DNA of 64,000 nucleotides from Escherichia coli (GTDB lineage Bacteria; Pseudomonadota; Gammaproteobacteria; Enterobacterales; Enterobacteriaceae): NCBI RefSeq assembly GCF_001677475.2, contig NZ_CP015229.1; one strand, 5' to 3'. Shown piece by piece: positions 54,449 to 64,000 of this stretch (position 1 is its first letter; each line of letters starts with the position of its first letter). The notes under the pieces were generated by a model. It saw only the letters and a program-made list of their open reading frames with translations, ran no database searches and was not told where the DNA came from. The position numbers and the translations under genes were made by a program.

Positions 54449-54525
54449 CGTCCTGGTGCAGGACTGTTGGTTATTTAACTTTGCAGGTATTATGCTTCGC
54501 ATCAAAAATGAAGGGAGAGGAAAAG

Positions 54526-55017
54526 ATGCCATCTTTCGATATTGTCTCTGAAGTTGATCTTCAGGAAGCACGTAACGCGGTCGATAACGCGAGCCGCGAA
54601 GTGGAGTCCCGTTTTGACTTCCGTAATGTTGAAGCCTCATTTGAGCTGAACGACGCCAGCAAAACCATCAAAGTGTTGAGCGAGTCCGATTTCCAGGTCA
54701 ATCAGTTGCTGGATATTCTGCGTGCCAAGCTGCTGAAGCGCGGCATTGAAGGCAGTTCGCTGGATGTACCGGAAAATATCGTTCATAGCGGTAAAACCTG
54801 GTTTGTGGAAGCGAAACTGAAACAGGGCATTGAGAGCGCGACCCAGAAGAAAATCGTCAAGATGATCAAAGACAGCAAACTGAAAGTGCAGGCGCAAATT
54901 CAGGGTGATGAGATCCGCGTAACGGGTAAATCTCGTGATGATTTGCAGGCTGTCATGGCGATGGTACGTGGTGGCGATCTCGGTCAGCCGTTCCAGTTCA
55001 AAAACTTCCGCGATTAA
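54526..55017 (+). CDS. yajQ: Nucleotide-binding protein YajQ
   Basis: 163 aa from ATG at 54526 ([21 protein letters not shown]); track ORF trimmed. Confidence 0.88.
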
Positions 55018-55040
55018 TCGCGACAATGTGCGTTTTGTTC

Positions 55041-55130
55041 ATGTCAGATGCGGCATGAACGCCTGATTCGGCCTACAAAGGTTTATAACTCAGGAACTTT
55101 GTAGGCCTGGTAAGCGTAGCGCAGCAGGCA
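55041..55130. repeat. REP-like elements between yajQ and yajR
   Basis: GATGCGGCATGAACGCCTGATTCGGCCTAC and an adjacent GTAGGCCTGG unit. Confidence 0.55.
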
Positions 55131-55144
55131 ATTCGCCTCGTTTT

Positions 55145-56509
55145 TTATGCCTGACGAATTGCCTGTTCAACCTCAAAGCGATTCGTCACTTTGCTGTCGA
55201 TTTTCACATAAGCTGAATGTTCTTCTTCTGCAATCAACACTTCTTTGACACCCGCGGTTTCCAGCAAACGCACTTTTAACGCCTCGTTTGCGGCAATGTC
55301 CGCCGGGATTTCAATGCGTAAGCTGCTGACATACGGCGGTTCTTTCATGGTACTGGCGACTGCCAGCCACACTGCGGCCAGCATTGCGCCAGCGAGAAAT
55401 ACGCCCTGACCGTCAAACATGCCGTCAATCCAGCCGCCCAGCGAACCGCCAATCGCCACGCCAAGAAACTGGCTGGTGGAGTAAACACCCATCGACGTAC
55501 CTTTGTAACCTGCTGGCGACTCTTTACTGATAAGTGAAGGCAGAAGGGCTTCCATCAAATTAAACGCCACAAAGAAAAGCTGCACGCCGACCACCAGTTG
55601 CCAGAACTGCGTTTGTGCGTTCCACAACACAATTTCCGCAACCACGATCAACCCGACGCAGAAGACAAAGACTTGCTTCATTTTGCGCTTAACTTCAGCG
55701 TAGATAATGAAAGGCACGACCGAGCCAAAGGCGATTAACATCGTTGCCAGGTAGACCTTCCAGTGTTCAGCCGCCGGAAATCCCGCATCAGCCAGTTGCC
55801 CTGGCAGGGCAACAAACGTCGACATCAGCAAAATATGCAGACACATAATGCCAAAGTTGAGTTTCAGCAGCCGCGGTTCCGCCAGCACTTTACTGAAACT
55901 GCCTTTCACCATCCCGGATTCACGATTAAGTACGTGAGTGCTACTGTTGGGCACAACCCAAATGGTCAACGCAATGCCGGTTGTTGCCAGAATAGCGATC
56001 ATCCAGAACAGCGCGTGCAGCCCAAGTTTGTGAGTGATGATCGGGCCAAGCACCATCGCAATGGCAAAGGTAATGCCAAAGCTCACGCCGATAAACGCCA
56101 TCGCTTTGGTGCGGTTTTGTTCGCGCGTGAGATCGGAAAGCAGCGCCATAACGGCAGCGGCAATCGCACCGGAGCCTTGTAGCGCCCGGCCCAGAATAAC
56201 TCCCCAAATGGAGTCAGAAAGCGCAGCGATAACGCTACCGGCGGCAAACACCGCCAGCCCACCGACAATTAATGGTTTGCGACCAATGCGGTCGGAAAGC
56301 AGACCAAACGGAATCTGAAAAACGGCCTGCGTCAGACCATAAATACCAATGGCAATACCGATTAATGCTTCGCTGGCACCTTGCAGAGCCATGCCGTACG
56401 TGGTCAGAACCGGCAGAACCATAAACATGCCCAGCATGCGCAACGAGAATACGGTCCCTAAACCCCAGGTCGCGCGCCTCTCACCTGGCGTCATTTTATA
56501 ATCGTTCAT
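55145..56509 (-). CDS. yajR: MFS transporter YajR
   Basis: 454 aa from MNDYKMTPGERR; 12-TM MFS core plus C-terminal soluble domain. Confidence 0.85.
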   Translation of the reverse strand: MNDYKMTPGERRATWGLGTVFSLRMLGMFMVLPVLTTYGMALQGASEALIGIAIGIYGLTQAVFQIPFGLLSDRIGRKPLIVGGLAVFAAGSVIAALSDSIWGVILGRALQGSGAIAAAVMALLSDLTREQNRTKAMAFIGVSFGITFAIAMVLGPIITHKLGLHALFWMIAILATTGIALTIWVVPNSSTHVLNRESGMVKGSFSKVLAEPRLLKLNFGIMCLHILLMSTFVALPGQLADAGFPAAEHWKVYLATMLIAFGSVVPFIIYAEVKRKMKQVFVFCVGLIVVAEIVLWNAQTQFWQLVVGVQLFFVAFNLMEALLPSLISKESPAGYKGTSMGVYSTSQFLGVAIGGSLGGWIDGMFDGQGVFLAGAMLAAVWLAVASTMKEPPYVSSLRIEIPADIAANEALKVRLLETAGVKEVLIAEEEHSAYVKIDSKVTNRFEVEQAIRQA

Positions 56510-56657
56510 TACCACCTCTGTTTTAAATTCGCGACTAGTGTAAAGCGGCAAACGAATGGGGTAAACATGCGGATTTTTTAGTAAATATTTCGAGAGGGAT
56601 ATGTTTCTAATGCTAAGAAAAAAGGTGCCGTAGCACCTTTTTAATAGAGAGATTGTG

Positions 56658-57548
56658 TTACCACACAGCAGCCAGCAGCGTATGCGAATCCGGCACCATA
56701 AAATCAACGGACATCATCACCGAGAGGGCAGTGATGGCGATGATAGAGAAGCCGAACAGCTTGCGCGCCCAGATTCTGTCATCAGCAACTTTATAACCGC
56801 GCAGAGCCATTCCTAACCACCAGACGCTCACCGCCGCGGCGACCACCAGATATTTATATCCAGCGTAACCGCCAAGAGAGAGCATCAGCGTGGCAACGGC
56901 AAAGGCGATGATATACAGCGTGATGTGATTCTTCGCCACCGAAATGCCTTTTACCACTGGTAATACCGGAATGTTTGCCGCCTGGTAATCCTTAAAGCGG
57001 AAAATGGCGATGGCATAGGAGTGAGGCATCTGCCACAGGCTGAAGATAGCCAGCAGGATCGCTGCGCCGCTATCGAACTCGCCGGTTACCGCACAGTAGC
57101 CGATCACCGGCGGCGCAGCGCCGGAAAGCGAACCAATCAACGTGCCGTAGACCGAGTGGCGTTTCATATACAGGCTATAGACGCCGACATAAACCACAAA
57201 GCCCATCACCCCCAGCCAGCAGGCCAGCGGATTCGCGCCAAACCACAGCAGCATAAAGCCAGCAATACCCAGCAAGGTGGCGTACACCAGCGAGACAGCA
57301 GGAGAGATCAGGCCTTTAACCAGCACCCGATTCTTCGTCCTTTCCATCTTTCTGTCGATATCCCTGTCGATGTAGTTGTTAAACACACAACCCGACGCCA
57401 CAACCAGTGACACCCCAACCAGCGTGTAGATAAACAGGGGATAATCAATGCTGCCCTTTGAGGCCAGCAGGAATCCCCCAATCACCGAGATCAGGTTGCC
57501 AAAGATGATGCCTGGTTTCGTTACTTGCAGGTATTGCTTAAACATCAT
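56658..57548 (-). CDS. cyoE: Protoheme IX farnesyltransferase (heme O synthase)
   Basis: 296 aa from [13 protein letters not shown]; UbiA-family polytopic membrane protein. Confidence 0.93.
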
Positions 57549-57559
57549 AACCGCCGCTC

Positions 57560-60496
<2,937 letters not shown>

Positions 60497-60505
60497 TCAA
60501 CCCCT

Positions 60506-61453
<948 letters not shown>

Positions 61454-61860
61454 TTAACGACCTCAATTCCACGGGATCTGGTGGCGTTTAAAGTGTGTGG
61501 GCATTTTACGGGAAGGTTACATTACTGTAAACATGATTAAATTCATGTTACTTGGATTTGGCTGTCAGGTCACATATGTTGCAAAACATATCAGGTTGAT
61601 TTTAAGAAGCTGTTGCAAAAGGGCGTTATAACAAAAGGGGAGTGCAGAAGGAGTCTGTGCGGGCAATTGGTATAACCAATGCGAAATAAAACAATTATTT
61701 AACAAATAATTATCATTGGAGTGACAAATGGGTGATGAGAAAATAAAGACTCATTAGCTGAATCGTGTAAGAAAAATAGAATTTATAAATGGCATCAATA
61801 ATTTCCAAACGCTAAGCCGCACAAAAGAACAAATATTAATAAGCGATGCTGATGTTTATT
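61454..61860 (-). promoter_or_regulatory. AT-rich cyoABCDE upstream control region (promoter region; individual sites not resolved)
   Basis: About 400 bp non-coding AT-rich DNA upstream of cyoA; the cyo operon is known to be under complex aerobic/anaerobic control. Confidence 0.5.
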
Positions 61861-61881
61861 TAGCCGTAATAATTACGGCTA
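61861..61881 (-). terminator. 21-nt perfect palindrome downstream of ampG; candidate terminator for the yajG-ampG transcript
   Basis: TAGCCGTAATAATTACGGCTA about 30 nt after the ampG stop; no strong U-tract. Confidence 0.3.
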
Positions 61882-61912
61882 GTGATTACTACAGCTAAAT
61901 AATATTTACAGA

Positions 61913-63388
61913 TTACGTCAGATGCGTTTTTCGTAGCGCCAGATAATCCAGCAAACCACCAAGCACGACGCCAGAAAGGGCGACTAAAACCCCGACTTTC
62001 AGCAGAGCAGGCAGGAAAGAGAAGTGCGTCAAATCCAGCGCGTCCATCGTCAACAGCAGTAACCACACGGCCAACAGGCTGACGCCCGCCGCCAGTGTCC
62101 ACATGGCAAAGGCATAACCTGCCGGATATTCGGTACGGGAGATAAAGTTGTCATTTACTCGTGTATATTCAAGCGTCTGGCGGCAAACCAGCAGCAAAAT
62201 AAGCCCAGGTACGGCAGCGGCGACGGAGAATAGATAGAATGTCGACCAGCCGTGTGCTTCAACAAACCAACCCGCCACGGGGCCGACATAAACTCGCCCT
62301 ACAGCGGAAAGCGCTGAGAGCAGGGCAAATTGAGTAGCGGAAAATGACTTATTACACAGCGTCATTAACAGCGCGACAAAGGCTGATGTGCCCATCCCGC
62401 CACAGAGGTTTTCGAAAAAGACGGCTGCGCCCATGCTGTAGAGATGCTTATCAGTAATCGACAGCAGCCAGTAACCGGCGTTAGACGCACCTTGTAAAAT
62501 ACCGAAAATCAGCAGCGCCCGGAACAGTGACAGGCGCTGCATCAAAATCCCACCGTACAATGCGCCAACAATGGTCGCCAGTAAGCCAAGCGTTTTGTTA
62601 ACCACGCCTACTTCACCCGCATCAAACCCGACGCCACGAATCAAAAACGTGGTTGTCAGGCTCATGGCGAATGCGTCGCCCAGCTTATACAGCACGATAA
62701 GAAGCAAAATAAGCCAGGCATTATTGCGACCAAAGAAATCTCGCAGAGGTGCAACAACCGCTTGTTCCAGCGTTTTGGGCACTGGAATGGTGTCGGTTGG
62801 TTCTGGTGCAAGTAACGTCGCGATAATACAGGGGATCAACAGCGCCGCCATCAACCAGTACATGCCCTGCCAGCCCAGCCATTTATCTGCCAGCCACAGG
62901 GCTAAGCCGCCGGAAACCAGCATCCCTAAACGGTAACCCAGCACGCTGATTGCCGCGCCCGCACCACGTTCTTCTGCCGGGAGCACATCGGTTTTCCACG
63001 CATCGAAGACAATATCCTGGGAGGCAGAGCAAAAAGCGATCACCACCGCCAGCGCCGCCATCCAGCGGAGTTGGGTGCCTGGTTCGAGAAAACCCATCGC
63101 CGCAATGGCGACTAATAACAGGATTTGCGTGGCGAGCAGCCAACCGCGCCGCCGCCCAAAAAATGGGGGTGTGTAGCGGTCCATCAGCGGTGACCAGAGG
63201 AATTTAAAAACGTAAGCCTGGCCTACCAGAGAGAAGAAACCAATGGTTTTGAGATCGATATTCTCGACCGTCATCCAGGCCTGTAAGGTGCCGGATGTCA
63301 GGGCGAGCGGTAGCCCGGAAGCAAAACCCAGGATCAGCAATATGGCTGAACGCGGCTGTTGAAAAATACGTAAATATTGACTGGACAT
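61913..63388 (-). CDS. ampG: Muropeptide (anhydromuropeptide) permease AmpG, MFS
   Basis: 491 aa polytopic MFS protein; synteny with yajG. Confidence 0.93.
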   Translation of the reverse strand: MSSQYLRIFQQPRSAILLILGFASGLPLALTSGTLQAWMTVENIDLKTIGFFSLVGQAYVFKFLWSPLMDRYTPPFFGRRRGWLLATQILLLVAIAAMGFLEPGTQLRWMAALAVVIAFCSASQDIVFDAWKTDVLPAEERGAGAAISVLGYRLGMLVSGGLALWLADKWLGWQGMYWLMAALLIPCIIATLLAPEPTDTIPVPKTLEQAVVAPLRDFFGRNNAWLILLLIVLYKLGDAFAMSLTTTFLIRGVGFDAGEVGVVNKTLGLLATIVGALYGGILMQRLSLFRALLIFGILQGASNAGYWLLSITDKHLYSMGAAVFFENLCGGMGTSAFVALLMTLCNKSFSATQFALLSALSAVGRVYVGPVAGWFVEAHGWSTFYLFSVAAAVPGLILLLVCRQTLEYTRVNDNFISRTEYPAGYAFAMWTLAAGVSLLAVWLLLLTMDALDLTHFSFLPALLKVGVLVALSGVVLGGLLDYLALRKTHLT

Positions 63389-63431
63389 GGGCGTCTACAG
63401 GCCCGGCTTGCACCGGGCCAGAGGGCAGAAA

Positions 63432-64000
63432 TTAACGCGCGTTCTGCTTGATGAATTCGTGAATGCTGGTGTCCTGAGACATATCAGCGATGGTATCGGT
63501 CAGCACACTGTTAACCGCATCGGCGATATTTTTGTTGGAGGCCTGGAACGCACCTTCAACGTTGTAGCTGGCACGATAGTTTTTGGTCATTTTGTTGCCA
63601 TTCTGCGCGGTAGCGATGATGGCGATATCCGCTTTGGTAGCGATGTTGTAGCGCACGTTGCCCTGGGACACGTCAGCATACAGTTGGCTAACGATGATTT
63701 GCAGATTAACTGGGCCATTCGGACCAACCATGTAACCACGCGCGGTCATCTGTTTTTCCAGTACTTCTTGCAGCAGGAAACGCAGATCGCGGGAGGCGGT
63801 CAGGGTAACGATTTGATTATCGCGGGTGACTTTTGCCAGCGCCTGATCGGTACGCTGATCGGCACCATTAATGCTTACGGTGACGCCCATCAGGCTCGGA
63901 TCCTGCTGTGGCAGTGTAATCGTCGGTGAAACTTCAATAGTTGTTGGCGGTTTTGCGCATCCTGCAAGCATAAACAGAGCAACTAACGGGAAGAGGATTT
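63432..64000 (-). CDS. yajG: Lipoprotein YajG, 5' end beyond the window edge
   Basis: ORF runs to the window end on the minus strand; LAGC lipobox near the end of the visible portion; upstream of ampG. Confidence 0.8.
   Translation of the reverse strand, partial: ILFPLVALFMLAGCAKPPTTIEVSPTITLPQQDPSLMGVTVSINGADQRTDQALAKVTRDNQIVTLTASRDLRFLLQEVLEKQMTARGYMVGPNGPVNLQIIVSQLYADVSQGNVRYNIATKADIAIIATAQNGNKMTKNYRASYNVEGAFQASNKNIADAVNSVLTDTIADMSQDTSIHEFIKQNAR

Overview
This window reads as a core-chromosome segment of Escherichia coli, syntenic gene-for-gene with the K-12 interval yaiT through yajG (about 60 genes), identified from memory of the gene order and protein motifs; no searches were run. Against that conserved backbone one element stands out: a 485-aa, strongly AT-rich orphan ORF (32671..34128, + strand) sitting between the convergent core genes malZ and acpH, which are directly adjacent in K-12 as I recall it. 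It has a good Shine-Dalgarno, no signal peptide or transmembrane segment, a Ser/Thr/Asn-rich N-terminus and a central Lys/Glu-rich imperfect repeat. Its function is unknown; a secreted effector or a single-gene defence/toxin protein are hypotheses only. Secondary observations: the yaiT autotransporter is uninterrupted in this window (an IS3 disrupts it in K-12), an 18-bp perfect inverted repeat lies in the panE-yajQ intergenic region, and 12-bp direct repeats lie upstream of brnQ. No rRNA, tRNA, CRISPR array, prophage or IS element was detected. Starts adjusted from the ORF track are less certain than the stops.
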